A stretch of 64,000 nucleotides of DNA from positions 1,107,543 to 1,171,542 of the forward strand of contig CAWHDR010000001.1 in the NCBI GenBank assembly GCA_963828165.1, given 5' to 3'. The stretch is from an uncultured Chloroflexia bacterium (GTDB lineage Bacteria; Chloroflexota; Limnocylindria; Limnocylindrales; CSP1-4). This document shows positions 16,404 to 25,024 of the stretch, one piece after another. Numbering within the stretch: the first letter of the stretch is position 1; the number at the start of each line of letters is the position of its first letter. The translations under genes and the position numbers were made by a program. The notes under the pieces are model-generated. The model worked only from the letters and a program-made list of their open reading frames with translations, was not told where the DNA came from and did no database searches.

Positions 16404-17705
16404 ATGAAGCTCACCAAGGTCGGAGCCGTCGCCGCGAGTGCGGTGTTCGTCTTCGCCGCTTGCTCACCGGCCCCGGCTGGGTCTGCTGCTGCCCCTAGTG
16501 GCAGTGGAGGCGCCGCCGCACAGCCGGAGGTCTGCAAGAACAAGAAGGGCACGAGCAGCAACGAGATCCACGTGTACTCGTCGTTGCCGCGTCAGGGTTC
16601 GAACACGGCCCAGACGAACGCCCTCGTCGAGTCGATCAAGGAGATCCTTGACGGCAAGACGGTCGGTTCATTCACGATCAAGTACACGGACCTCGACGAC
16701 TCTTCGGCCGCCAACAATGGCGACTGGGACGGCGCCGTGGCCCAGCAGAACGCGACGACCGCGGCCAACGACCCCGACGCGATGGTCTTCATCGGCCACT
16801 TCAACTCGGGTGCGGCCAAGCTCACGATCCCGATCCTCAATGCCGCCTGCCTCGTCATGATCAGCCCCGCGAACACGTATCCGGGCCTGACCACGGCGGT
16901 CGAGGGCGTCACGGAGCCGGGCGAGCCGGATAGCTACTATCCGAACGGCTATCGCAACTACTCGCGCGTCATCTCGACGGACAACAAGCAGGGTGGAGCC
17001 GGCGCGGCCTGGGCCAAGGAGCTCGGCGCCACGAAGGCCTACGTCCTCGACGACACCCAGGTCTACGGCAAGGGCCTTGCACGATCGTGGGCACTGTCCG
17101 CGAACGAGCTCGGCATCGAGGTCGTCAGCGCGAACGGCACGAGCGAAGGCTTCGACGCCAAGGCGACGGACTACGCCGCCCTGGCCCAGAAGGTCAAGGA
17201 CTCGGGTGCCGACTTCGTCTACATCGGATCCATCACGGGCCAGAACACGGGCAAGCTCTGGAAGGACCTTCGGGCCGCCATGCCTGACATGAAGATCATG
17301 TCCGGCGACGGCGTGTTCGAGGAGTCGTGGTACGAGGGCACAGGCGAGGCTGGCAACAGCACCTACCTCACCTTCGGCGGCGTCGGTCCGAACGAGCAGA
17401 CCTCGGACGCCGGCAAGAAGTGGGTCGCCGACTACAAGGCGGCGCACGACGGCGACGATCCGCCCGTCTACGGCATCTACGGTGCGGCCGCGGCCCAGCT
17501 CGCGCTGGACGCCCTCACCCGAGCCGGGACCAACGACCGCTACGAGGTCCTGAAGAACGTCTTCTCGACCACGGACTTCGCGTCGTACCTCGGCACGTTC
17601 TCCATCAAGCCGGACGGCGACACGACGCTGGCCGAGGCGACCGGTTATCAGGTCGTCGACAGCTGGCCGCCGAAGTTCGAGAAGGTGCTCGCCGCGCCCG
17701 AGTGA
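16404..17705 (+). CDS. livJ: ABC transporter substrate-binding lipoprotein, branched-chain amino acid (LivJ/LivK) family
   Basis: ATG 16404 lies after AGGAGGAG. Signal and lipobox MKLTKVGAVAASAVFVFAAC. Type I periplasmic-binding fold. Followed by livHMGF. Confidence 0.8.
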   Translation: MKLTKVGAVAASAVFVFAACSPAPAGSAAAPSGSGGAAAQPEVCKNKKGTSSNEIHVYSSLPRQGSNTAQTNALVESIKEILDGKTVGSFTIKYTDLDDSSAANNGDWDGAVAQQNATTAANDPDAMVFIGHFNSGAAKLTIPILNAACLVMISPANTYPGLTTAVEGVTEPGEPDSYYPNGYRNYSRVISTDNKQGGAGAAWAKELGATKAYVLDDTQVYGKGLARSWALSANELGIEVVSANGTSEGFDAKATDYAALAQKVKDSGADFVYIGSITGQNTGKLWKDLRAAMPDMKIMSGDGVFEESWYEGTGEAGNSTYLTFGGVGPNEQTSDAGKKWVADYKAAHDGDDPPVYGIYGAAAAQLALDALTRAGTNDRYEVLKNVFSTTDFASYLGTFSIKPDGDTTLAEATGYQVVDSWPPKFEKVLAAPE

Positions 17706-17732
17706 GGCAGGCGACAACGCCGTAACAGAACG

Positions 17733-17762
17733 GCGGGGGCGGACCACCAGGTCCGCCCCCGC
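17733..17762 (+). terminator. Perfect 13-bp GC hairpin between the binding-protein and permease genes
   Basis: GCGGGGGCGGACC-ACCA-GGTCCGCCCCCGC starts 28 nt after the livJ stop and is followed by TGTCTAT. Likely a partial terminator or mRNA-stabilising stem. Confidence 0.55.
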
Positions 17763-17803
17763 TGTCTATCCCACCGGAACTGCCACGGAGAACTGACCGC
17801 TCC

Positions 17804-18736
17804 ATGGACGACCAGCTCATCCAGACGATCATCATCGGTCTCTCCAACGGCCTCATCTACGCCCTCGTGGCCCTCGGCTACACCCTCGTCTACGGGATCC
17901 TCCAGCTGATCAACTTCGCCCACGGCGACGTGTTCATGCTCGGCTCGATGATCGCGTTGACGCTGCTCCAGATCTTCGGTGTGGTGCCTGGACTCGACCT
18001 CCTGACCACGGTCGCCCTGATCTTCGCCGTGCTCGTCATCACGATGGCCATCACGGCGCTGCTGAACGTCTCGATCGAACGCGTCGCCTATCGACCGTTG
18101 CGCAACGCGCCCAAGCTCGCGCCGCTGATCTCGGCGATCGGCATGAGCTTCATCCTCCAGAACGTCGGCCTGCTCTGGAAGGGCCCCGCCAACCTGGGCT
18201 ATCCGGACGTCATCCCGAACACGAACATCCTGACCTCGGTCCTTGGCCTGGACACGGCCATCGAGTTCTCGTTCAAGCAGTTCTTCGTCGCCATCATCAC
18301 GATCCCGCTCCTGCTGGTCCTGATGTGGTTCGTCGGCAAGACGCGCCAGGGCAAGGCGATGCGCGCGACGGCCCAGGATCCGGACACCGCCGGACTGATG
18401 GGCATCGACGTCAACCGGACGATCGCGATCACGTTCATCATCGCGGGTGCGCTCGCGGGCGCCGCCGGCCTCGTCCAGATCCTCTACAACAACACGACCG
18501 TGTGGAACCTGGGCTTCCGATTCGGGCTGAACGCCTTCACGTCCGCCGTGCTGGGCGGCATCGGCAACCTCCAGGGGGCCGTGCTGGGCGGGATCGTGCT
18601 GGGCCTCATCAACGCGTTCAGTGACCGCTATCTGTCGGCTCAATGGACGAACGCCATCGTCTTCGGCGTGCTGATCGCCGTCCTGGTGTTCCGCCCGACG
18701 GGCCTCCTCGGCCAGCAGCTGGCGGACCGGGCATGA
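17804..18736 (+). CDS. livH: Branched-chain amino acid ABC permease LivH
   Basis: 310 aa, multi-TM: GLSNGLIYALVALGYTLVYGILQLINFAHGD. Confidence 0.85.
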   Translation: MDDQLIQTIIIGLSNGLIYALVALGYTLVYGILQLINFAHGDVFMLGSMIALTLLQIFGVVPGLDLLTTVALIFAVLVITMAITALLNVSIERVAYRPLRNAPKLAPLISAIGMSFILQNVGLLWKGPANLGYPDVIPNTNILTSVLGLDTAIEFSFKQFFVAIITIPLLLVLMWFVGKTRQGKAMRATAQDPDTAGLMGIDVNRTIAITFIIAGALAGAAGLVQILYNNTTVWNLGFRFGLNAFTSAVLGGIGNLQGAVLGGIVLGLINAFSDRYLSAQWTNAIVFGVLIAVLVFRPTGLLGQQLADRA

Positions 18737-20187
18737 GCAGCAGCCTGGTCACCCCGGTCCGGGTCGAAAAGACCGGCGGCCTCTCCGCGTGGCTGCGCCA
18801 CATGGGCGCAGCCGTCACGAGCTGGCCACAGTCCTATCGGGCGGCCTATGCGAAGAATCGGCGCCGCACGATCCTGCTGACGCTCCTCGTCATCGGCGTC
18901 TTCCTCTACCCGATCATCTACCCGGCCATCCCGTCGAACATCACCCGGGCGCTGCCGCTTCCGAGCAGCACGGTGGTCATGTTCATGCTGATCTTCGGGA
19001 TCATGGCCATCGGCCTCAATGTCGTCATCGGCTTCGCCGGCCTGCTGGACCTCGGGTACGTGGCGTTCTACGCGATCGGCGCCTACACGGCCGCCTTCCT
19101 CGCATCACCCCACTTCGGCGGCGTGTCGGTCGTCCTGTTCTCGAGCGTGCCACCCGGCTTCCCGGGGATCCACCTGCCGTTCGCCCTGATCTTCCTGCTA
19201 GCGGCCGCCGTGGCCGCGGTCTTCGGCGCGCTGCTCGGCGCCCCGACCCTGCGCCTCCGTGGTGACTACCTCGCCATCGTGACGCTGGGATTCGGCGAGA
19301 TCGTTCCGATCTTCTTCAAGAACCTCGTCAACGTGAACTTCACGTTCGGCCCCATCCAGCTCGTCAACGCCAACCTCACCGGCGGACCTCTCGGGATCAA
19401 CCCCATCGATCCGCCCAGCTTCCTCGGGTTCAAGTTCGGCGTGATCAGCGGGTTCGCGCCGATCTATCTCGGCATCGCGCTCGTGGTGATCGCGATCGTC
19501 ATCGCGCGAAACCTGGAACGTTCGCGTATGGGACGCGCCTGGATGGCCATCCGCGAGGACGAGATCGCCGCCGAGATGATGGGCGTCAACACCGTCCGGA
19601 CCAAGCTCCTCGCGTTCGCCCTGGGGGCGGCCTTCGCGGGCGTCGCGGGTGCGCTGCAGGCGTCCTACCAGGGCGCGACGACGTCCGACTTCTTCATGTT
19701 CTCGACGTCGATCCTGGTGGTGATCATGATCATCCTGGGCGGCATCGGGAACATCTGGGGCGTGCTCGTCGGGGCCATCGTCGTCCAGTACGTCGACAAG
19801 ACCCTGCTGGCTTGGGTCGGTAACCGCCTGTCGGATGTCGGCGGCGCGACCGGGCTCGAGCAGTTGAGCGACATCAACCCCTCGTCCTTCAGCTTCCTGC
19901 TGCTCGGCATCGCGCTCGTCGTGATGATGCGGTTCCGTCCGGAAGGCTTCCTGCCGAGCCGCCAGCGCGCCGCGGAGATGCACACGGCCCCACCGGGCCA
20001 GGCGATCGGCTCGATCGGCCTCATCGAGGAGGAGGGTCTCGTGCCCGAGCTCGATCCGACCGAGCCCGGCGGTGAGGAGGATCCTGAGCAAGCGGAGGTG
20101 CCCGGCGAGGAGCCGCCCGGCCAGACCATCGCAGAAAGCCGCGGCGAAGTCACCGGCGATGGCCCCGACGACGAGACGCCACGATGA
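18733..20187 (+). CDS. livM: Branched-chain amino acid ABC permease LivM, with an acidic Pro/Glu-rich C-terminal tail
   Basis: ATG 18733 overlaps the livH stop (ATGA). Typical LivM core (GLLDLGYVAFYAIGAYTAAF, LRGDYLAIVTLGFGEI). The last ~70 aa are EEEGLVPELDPTEPGGEEDPEQAEVPGEEPP... Confidence 0.85.
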   Translation: MSSSLVTPVRVEKTGGLSAWLRHMGAAVTSWPQSYRAAYAKNRRRTILLTLLVIGVFLYPIIYPAIPSNITRALPLPSSTVVMFMLIFGIMAIGLNVVIGFAGLLDLGYVAFYAIGAYTAAFLASPHFGGVSVVLFSSVPPGFPGIHLPFALIFLLAAAVAAVFGALLGAPTLRLRGDYLAIVTLGFGEIVPIFFKNLVNVNFTFGPIQLVNANLTGGPLGINPIDPPSFLGFKFGVISGFAPIYLGIALVVIAIVIARNLERSRMGRAWMAIREDEIAAEMMGVNTVRTKLLAFALGAAFAGVAGALQASYQGATTSDFFMFSTSILVVIMIILGGIGNIWGVLVGAIVVQYVDKTLLAWVGNRLSDVGGATGLEQLSDINPSSFSFLLLGIALVVMMRFRPEGFLPSRQRAAEMHTAPPGQAIGSIGLIEEEGLVPELDPTEPGGEEDPEQAEVPGEEPPGQTIAESRGEVTGDGPDDETPR

Positions 20188-21047
20188 CGACGGGCGTCAC
20201 CTACGAGCAGGGGGCCACGCCGTTGACCGGCCAGGTACCGGACGACCAGATCCTGGTCCGCGCCCGGAACGTGACGAAGCGGTTCGGCGGCCTGGTGGCG
20301 GTCAACGCCGTCGATTTCGACATCCCGCGGGGCAGCATCGTCTCGCTCATCGGGCCGAACGGCGCCGGCAAGACGACGTTCTTCAACATGATCACCGGCG
20401 CCTACGTGCCGACGAGCGGCGAGATCTCGTTCGACGGTCGCGACATCGTGACGACGAAGGGCAGCAAGGTCCGCTCGCTCAAGCCGCACCAGGTCACCCA
20501 GCTCGGGATCGGTCGGACCTTCCAGAACATCCGCCTGTTCGGCACGATGTCCGCCCTCGACAACGTGCTCGTCGGCGAGCACGTCCACCTGCGCAGCCGC
20601 TGGTGGGACGCGGTCCTGCGCACGCCCCGCAACAACGTGGAGGAAGAGGCGAGCGTCGAGCGTGCGCACGAGCTGCTCAAGTTCGTCGGACTCGACGAAC
20701 GGCCCCACGCCTGGGCGCGGAACCTGCCCTACGGCGACCAGCGCCGCCTCGAGATCGCGCGAGCCCTCGCGACCAGCCCCAAGCTGCTGCTTCTCGACGA
20801 GCCGACCGCAGGCATGAACGCCTCGGAGACGCGTGACCTGACCGACTTCATCCGTCGCCTGCGCTCCGAGCTCGGCCTGACCGTCCTGCTCATCGAGCAC
20901 GACATGCGCGTCGTCATGGGCATCAGCGACCGGGTCACGGTGCTCGACTACGGCGAGGTGCTGGCCGAAGGCAGCCCCGCCGAGGTTCGCGCCAATCCCC
21001 GGGTCATCGAGGCGTACCTGGGCCGCGGCGCGGCGGAGGGAGCCTGA
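20184..21047 (+). CDS. livG: Branched-chain amino acid ABC ATP-binding protein LivG
   Basis: Walker A GPNGAGKTT, signature LPYGDQRRLEIARAL, Walker B LLLLDEP. ATGA overlap with livM. Confidence 0.9.
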   Translation: MTTGVTYEQGATPLTGQVPDDQILVRARNVTKRFGGLVAVNAVDFDIPRGSIVSLIGPNGAGKTTFFNMITGAYVPTSGEISFDGRDIVTTKGSKVRSLKPHQVTQLGIGRTFQNIRLFGTMSALDNVLVGEHVHLRSRWWDAVLRTPRNNVEEEASVERAHELLKFVGLDERPHAWARNLPYGDQRRLEIARALATSPKLLLLDEPTAGMNASETRDLTDFIRRLRSELGLTVLLIEHDMRVVMGISDRVTVLDYGEVLAEGSPAEVRANPRVIEAYLGRGAAEGA

Positions 21048-21048
21048 C

Positions 21049-21762
21049 GTGGCCCTCCTCGAGCTCAAGGACGTCCACACCTATTACGGGGCGATCCACG
21101 CCCTGCGCGGTGTCAGCTTCACGGTCGACGAGGGCGAGATCGTCACGCTGATCGGGTCGAACGGCGCCGGCAAGTCGACCACGCTGCGCACGATCTCCGG
21201 CCTCCTCCGACCGCGCCAGGGCGAGATCTGGCTGCGCGGCGAGCGGATCGACAGCCGCAAGCCGCACGAGATCGTCGCGCTCGGCGTCAGTCAGAGCCCC
21301 GAGGGCCGCCGGGTGTTCGCACGGATGAACATCCAGGAGAACCTGGAGATGGGGGCGTTTGCGCGAAAGGATCGCGGCGCCCTCGCGACCGAGTACGCGC
21401 GGATATACGAGCTGTTTCCTCGCCTGAGCGAGCGCAAGCTCCAGAAGGCCGGCACGCTGTCGGGCGGTGAGCAGCAGATGCTCGCCATCGGTCGGGCCCT
21501 GATGGCGGCTCCCAAGGTGCTGCTCCTCGACGAGCCGTCGATGGGCCTCGCGCCGATCCTCGTCGAGCAGATCTTCGAGATCCTCAAGACCATCAACGCG
21601 CAGGGGACGACCGTGCTGCTCGTGGAGCAGAATGCGTTGATGGCGCTCGGCATCGCGCGACGTGGCTACATCCTGCAGACCGGGGAGGTCGTCCTCACCG
21701 ACACCGCCGACAAGCTGCGCACCGACCCGGCCGTCCGCAAGGCCTATCTCGGAGAGGACTGA
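21049..21762 (+). CDS. livF: Branched-chain amino acid ABC ATP-binding protein LivF
   Basis: Walker A GSNGAGKST, signature LSGGEQQMLAIGRAL, Walker B LLLDEPS. Confidence 0.9.
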   Translation: MALLELKDVHTYYGAIHALRGVSFTVDEGEIVTLIGSNGAGKSTTLRTISGLLRPRQGEIWLRGERIDSRKPHEIVALGVSQSPEGRRVFARMNIQENLEMGAFARKDRGALATEYARIYELFPRLSERKLQKAGTLSGGEQQMLAIGRALMAAPKVLLLDEPSMGLAPILVEQIFEILKTINAQGTTVLLVEQNALMALGIARRGYILQTGEVVLTDTADKLRTDPAVRKAYLGED

Positions 21763-21774
21763 CCGGGGGGCGCG

Positions 21775-22930
21775 ATGGCCGGACTCACTCGGGTCCCGGC
21801 TCCTCGATCGCCGTTCGACGGCCAGTGGGCCGCCATCGGCGGATTCCTCGTGGTCGTCATCGTCGCGCTCGCCGATCGAGCCGTGGGGCAGCACCCGGGC
21901 GCCGACCGGCCCGACGCCATCCCCGTACCGCCCACCGGCCACCGCCACGCCGGCGCCGCAAGTCGGCCCGCGGATCGCCCTCCGCCCGTACCGGCCGGAG
22001 TCCTTCGGGCCCGCGCCGAGCGAAGCGGAATGGTCGATCCGCACCTCGGCGGCGCGGATCACGCCGGTGCCATCAGTCGGCCTTTCCGAGCCAACGGACA
22101 TCGCCAGCGGTCCCGTCGTCGATATCGGGCCCGCCGACGACCTTGACGTCATCGTCATCACCGGCCCGCCAGGTAGCGCCCTGGACAAGATCCGGCTCTG
22201 GCGATTCGACGACGTCGGGCGTCCTGAGCGGCTGGACCTGGCCCGTCTGGCATCGCCGTGGGCCGACGCCCCGGCCTGGGCCGTCGGCCTGCGCGCGCCT
22301 GGCGCCGCAGCTGGCCAGGTACTGGCCTGGCAGCCGGGCCTGTACCGCCTGGACCTGCTCGTGGAACCGGCCGGGACGATCCGGATGGTCATGCTGTCGG
22401 CTCGCGCGGATCGCGATGGCGGGGGTGGCGTGGCGCGCATCCCGTCCAAGTCGGACCGTGTGCCCCTCGATGCATTCGGCGCGTCCATCCTGCGCCGCTT
22501 GCCGCAGGCGGCCAACCTGTGGACCGTCGGCGAGATCCTCACGGGCTGGGCGCGACCGCCGGCCGCGGGGGATTGCCGCGTGGCGCAGATCTGGCAGGCC
22601 GGCGGGCCCGAGGCAGGGTGCTGGCCCGTTCCGATCGGCCCGGCGAGCGCCCTCGGGGTGAACCTGCCGGACGGGCAACGCGTGGCCGCGATCGAGCTGG
22701 CCCAGGTGGATCCGCTGCCCGGCCCGATCGCCCTGGAGAGTCAGATCGGCGTGGGCGGGCGGCCCGGCGTGGCGGCGCTCGAGACGCCGGCCAGTGGCCT
22801 GGCCGACGGCATCTACCGGATGAAGGTGGCCGTCGTCGGTGGTGGCGACGAACACTGGTATGTGGAGGTCGGGCCGAACGGCCGCCAGGCGGCCGCGATC
22901 AATGCCTTCGTGACCAGCGCTCAGCGGTAG
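21775..22930 (+). pseudogene. Secreted/anchored hypothetical protein, apparently split by one +1 frameshift
   Basis: ATG 21775 opens a signal-anchor (WAAIGGFLVVVIVALA) in frame 1 (coordinate mod 3). The conserved-looking body (…ATATPAPQVGPRIALRPYRPESF… to VTSAQR) is in frame 2 (ORF 21662..22930), which has no plausible start or signal of its own. Confidence 0.5.
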
Positions 22931-23358
22931 ACGGGCTCCCTGGTCATCCGGTAGACGGCCCGCGACAGGACGGCGAGGCCAAGGCCGGCGATCCACAGGC
23001 CGGGCCCGTTCGTGAACACCTGGATGGGTTCCGTGAACTGGAAGGCCTCGCTCAGGAGCAGGTCGATGACCCGCCAGCCGAGGCCCAGCCAGCCGACGAC
23101 GGCCAGCAGCCCGTACGAAACGGTCCGGTCGATCCCGGTGGGGCGGTCGCCGACCGCATACGGGAGCGCGACGAGCGCGAGCGTGATGACACCGACGAGG
23201 AACACGATGATCCCGCTGCCCTCGAAGGCGTTGCCGGACAGCGGCGGGATCCCGGTCTCGCCTCCGACCCGCCACCACGGCAGGATGGAGCCCACGACGA
23301 TGAGGACGCCGGCGATGGCCGCCAGCGTTCGACCCCCGCCCAGGGGCCGGCGGTGCAT
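22921..23358 (-). CDS. Small integral membrane protein (4 TM)
   Basis: 145 aa from ATG 23358, with hydrophobic segments LAAIAGVLIVVGSILPWW, GIIVFLVGVITLALVALPY, LLAVVGWLGLGW, LWIAGLGLAVL. Starts 3 nt after the hpt stop. Confidence 0.65.
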   Translation of the reverse strand: MHRRPLGGGRTLAAIAGVLIVVGSILPWWRVGGETGIPPLSGNAFEGSGIIVFLVGVITLALVALPYAVGDRPTGIDRTVSYGLLAVVGWLGLGWRVIDLLLSEAFQFTEPIQVFTNGPGLWIAGLGLAVLSRAVYRMTREPVYR

Positions 23359-23360
23359 CG

Positions 23361-23948
23361 TCACTCGGCGTCCGCCTCCGGACCGCCGGCTCCGTAGACC
23401 TCCGGCTTCAGGACTCCGACGAAGCGCAGGTTGCGGTACAGCTCGCCGTAGTCGAGGCCGTAGCCGACGACGAACTGGTCCGGGATCTCGAACCCGATGT
23501 AGTCGACCGGGATCTCGACCAGTCGGCGGGCGGGCTTGTCGAGCAACGTGCAGATCCGGAGCGACGCCGGGTTCTTGCCGCGCAGGTAGCGCACGAGGTA
23601 GTTCAGCGTGAGGCCGGTGTCGATGATGTCCTCGACGATCAGGACGTCCTCGCGCTCGATGCTCGCGGACAGGTCCTTGAGGATCCGGACGAGGCCGGAC
23701 GACTCGGTGGAGTTGCCACCGTATGAGCTGACCTCCATGAGGTCGATCCGGAGCGGCAGGTCGATCGCGCGCATGAGGTCGGCCATGAACGGCAGGGAAC
23801 CCTTGAGGACCGAGACCAGGGTCACCGGGCGACCGGCGTAGTCGGCGCTGATCCGGGCCCCGAGCTCCGCCACCTTCGCGGCGATCTCCTCCTCGGAGAG
23901 GAGGATCTGGCCGATGTCGTCGCGCAGGTCCGCCGTTCGCACCGCCAT
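23361..23948 (-). CDS. hpt: Hypoxanthine phosphoribosyltransferase
   Basis: 195 aa. PRPP-binding motif DVLIVEDIIDTGLTL, plus KGSLPFMADL and DQFVVGYGLDYGELYRNL. Confidence 0.9.
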   Translation of the reverse strand: MAVRTADLRDDIGQILLSEEEIAAKVAELGARISADYAGRPVTLVSVLKGSLPFMADLMRAIDLPLRIDLMEVSSYGGNSTESSGLVRILKDLSASIEREDVLIVEDIIDTGLTLNYLVRYLRGKNPASLRICTLLDKPARRLVEIPVDYIGFEIPDQFVVGYGLDYGELYRNLRFVGVLKPEVYGAGGPEADAE

Positions 23949-23950
23949 CG

Positions 23951-24484
23951 TCAGCCCACCGCCTCATCGACACCGACGGCCGATGCGGGACGGGTCCGTC
24001 GCCGTCGGGCGGCCGGTGCCGGGAGCGTCTCCGGGATCGATTCGGCGTCGACGAGCGCGGCGATGGCCGCCGGCAGCGGAACGGCCGGCAGCGCATCGGC
24101 CGTGGCGGGGCCGTGTGGTAACGCGACCTGCCCGGACGAGCCCGAGAGTCCGTCGAACAATGCGATCTTGCCGTACTTGAGCATGAGCGCCCGGAAGTCG
24201 CGCGCATAGAACAGCTTGATGTTCACCGCGGGATACAGCTCGCGAAGCCGGCGCAGCTTGCGGTTCTTCTTGCGCACCAGCCGCTGTCGGAGCGTCGTCA
24301 TCTCGAGATAGAGGTCCAGGTCCGGGAGAAAGAAGTCGGGCGCGAAACTCTCGACGACGGCTCCCTCCAGGTTCCACAGGATCGGGAACGTGTGGGGCTC
24401 GTACTCCCAGCGGACCGCGTAGAAATCGAGGATGCGGGCCATCTCCGCCTCGCTGGCGTGGGCGAACGGCGTACTGGGGTCCAT
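23951..24484 (-). CDS. Conserved hypothetical protein with a PD-(D/E)xK-like core (PDFFLP...LYLEMT)
   Basis: 177 aa: ILDFYAVRWEYEPHTFPILW...FAPDFFLPDLDLYLEMTT...KKNRKLRRLRELYP. Ala/Pro-rich tail. Ends 3 nt before the hpt start. Confidence 0.55.
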   Translation of the reverse strand: MDPSTPFAHASEAEMARILDFYAVRWEYEPHTFPILWNLEGAVVESFAPDFFLPDLDLYLEMTTLRQRLVRKKNRKLRRLRELYPAVNIKLFYARDFRALMLKYGKIALFDGLSGSSGQVALPHGPATADALPAVPLPAAIAALVDAESIPETLPAPAARRRRTRPASAVGVDEAVG

Positions 24485-24551
24485 CGGCCGTCAGTCTACC
24501 CGAGTGCCGTGTCGGACGGCTGGCGCGCCACCGTCCCGGGCATTGCAGCCC

Positions 24552-24568
24552 ATACCCCCCGGGGGTAT
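24552..24568. promoter_or_regulatory. CsoR-type operator (ATAC-C/G core-GTAT pseudo-palindrome)
   Basis: ATACCCCCCGGGGGTAT lies 11 nt upstream of the csoR ATG. It matches the ATACCC...GGGTAT architecture of described CsoR operators (recalled, not searched). Confidence 0.6.
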
Positions 24569-24578
24569 GATGCCGTGC

Positions 24579-24938
24579 ATGGCCACCACGACCGCCCGCC
24601 GTTCGACACCGGCTCCCGATCCCAGCCACTTCCGACACAGTTACTCGAAGGACACCGCCCAGCTCATGCGACGCCTGTCGCGCATGGAGGGCCAGGTCCG
24701 CGGGATCGCGCGGATGATCGAACGCGAGGAGTACTGCGTCGACATCCTCCAGCAGACCGCCGCGCTGCGGGCCGCCGTCGATGCGCTGTCGATCCTCGTG
24801 CTCGAAGACCACGTCCAGGGTTGCGTCCGGACCGCCGCGGAGCGCGGCGAAGCCGACAAGTACGTCGATGAGGTCATCGATGTCGTCCGGCGGACTCTTG
24901 GCCGACCGGTTCGGAGCCCCAGCGCGCGGCCCGGCTGA
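24579..24938 (+). CDS. csoR: CsoR-family copper-sensing repressor
   Basis: DUF156 core LMRRLSRMEGQVRGIARMIEREEYCVDILQQTAALRAAVDALSILVLEDHVQGC, with the x-C-H-C ligand pattern (YC ... H-x3-C). Confidence 0.85.
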   Translation: MATTTARRSTPAPDPSHFRHSYSKDTAQLMRRLSRMEGQVRGIARMIEREEYCVDILQQTAALRAAVDALSILVLEDHVQGCVRTAAERGEADKYVDEVIDVVRRTLGRPVRSPSARPG

Positions 24939-25024
24939 CGCGGCCGACCGTACCTTCGTCCCGTCGCATCGCCTCCGTTCGGGGGGATGCCTGGACGCAC
25001 CAGTCAGGGCACGATCGGTCCCTG

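Noticed and set aside
16585-16600. GGTTCGAAC, a T-loop-like tRNA motif.
   Set aside because: It lies inside the livJ coding frame with no acceptor or anticodon stems around it. I found no tRNA, rRNA, tmRNA or RNase P signature anywhere in the window.
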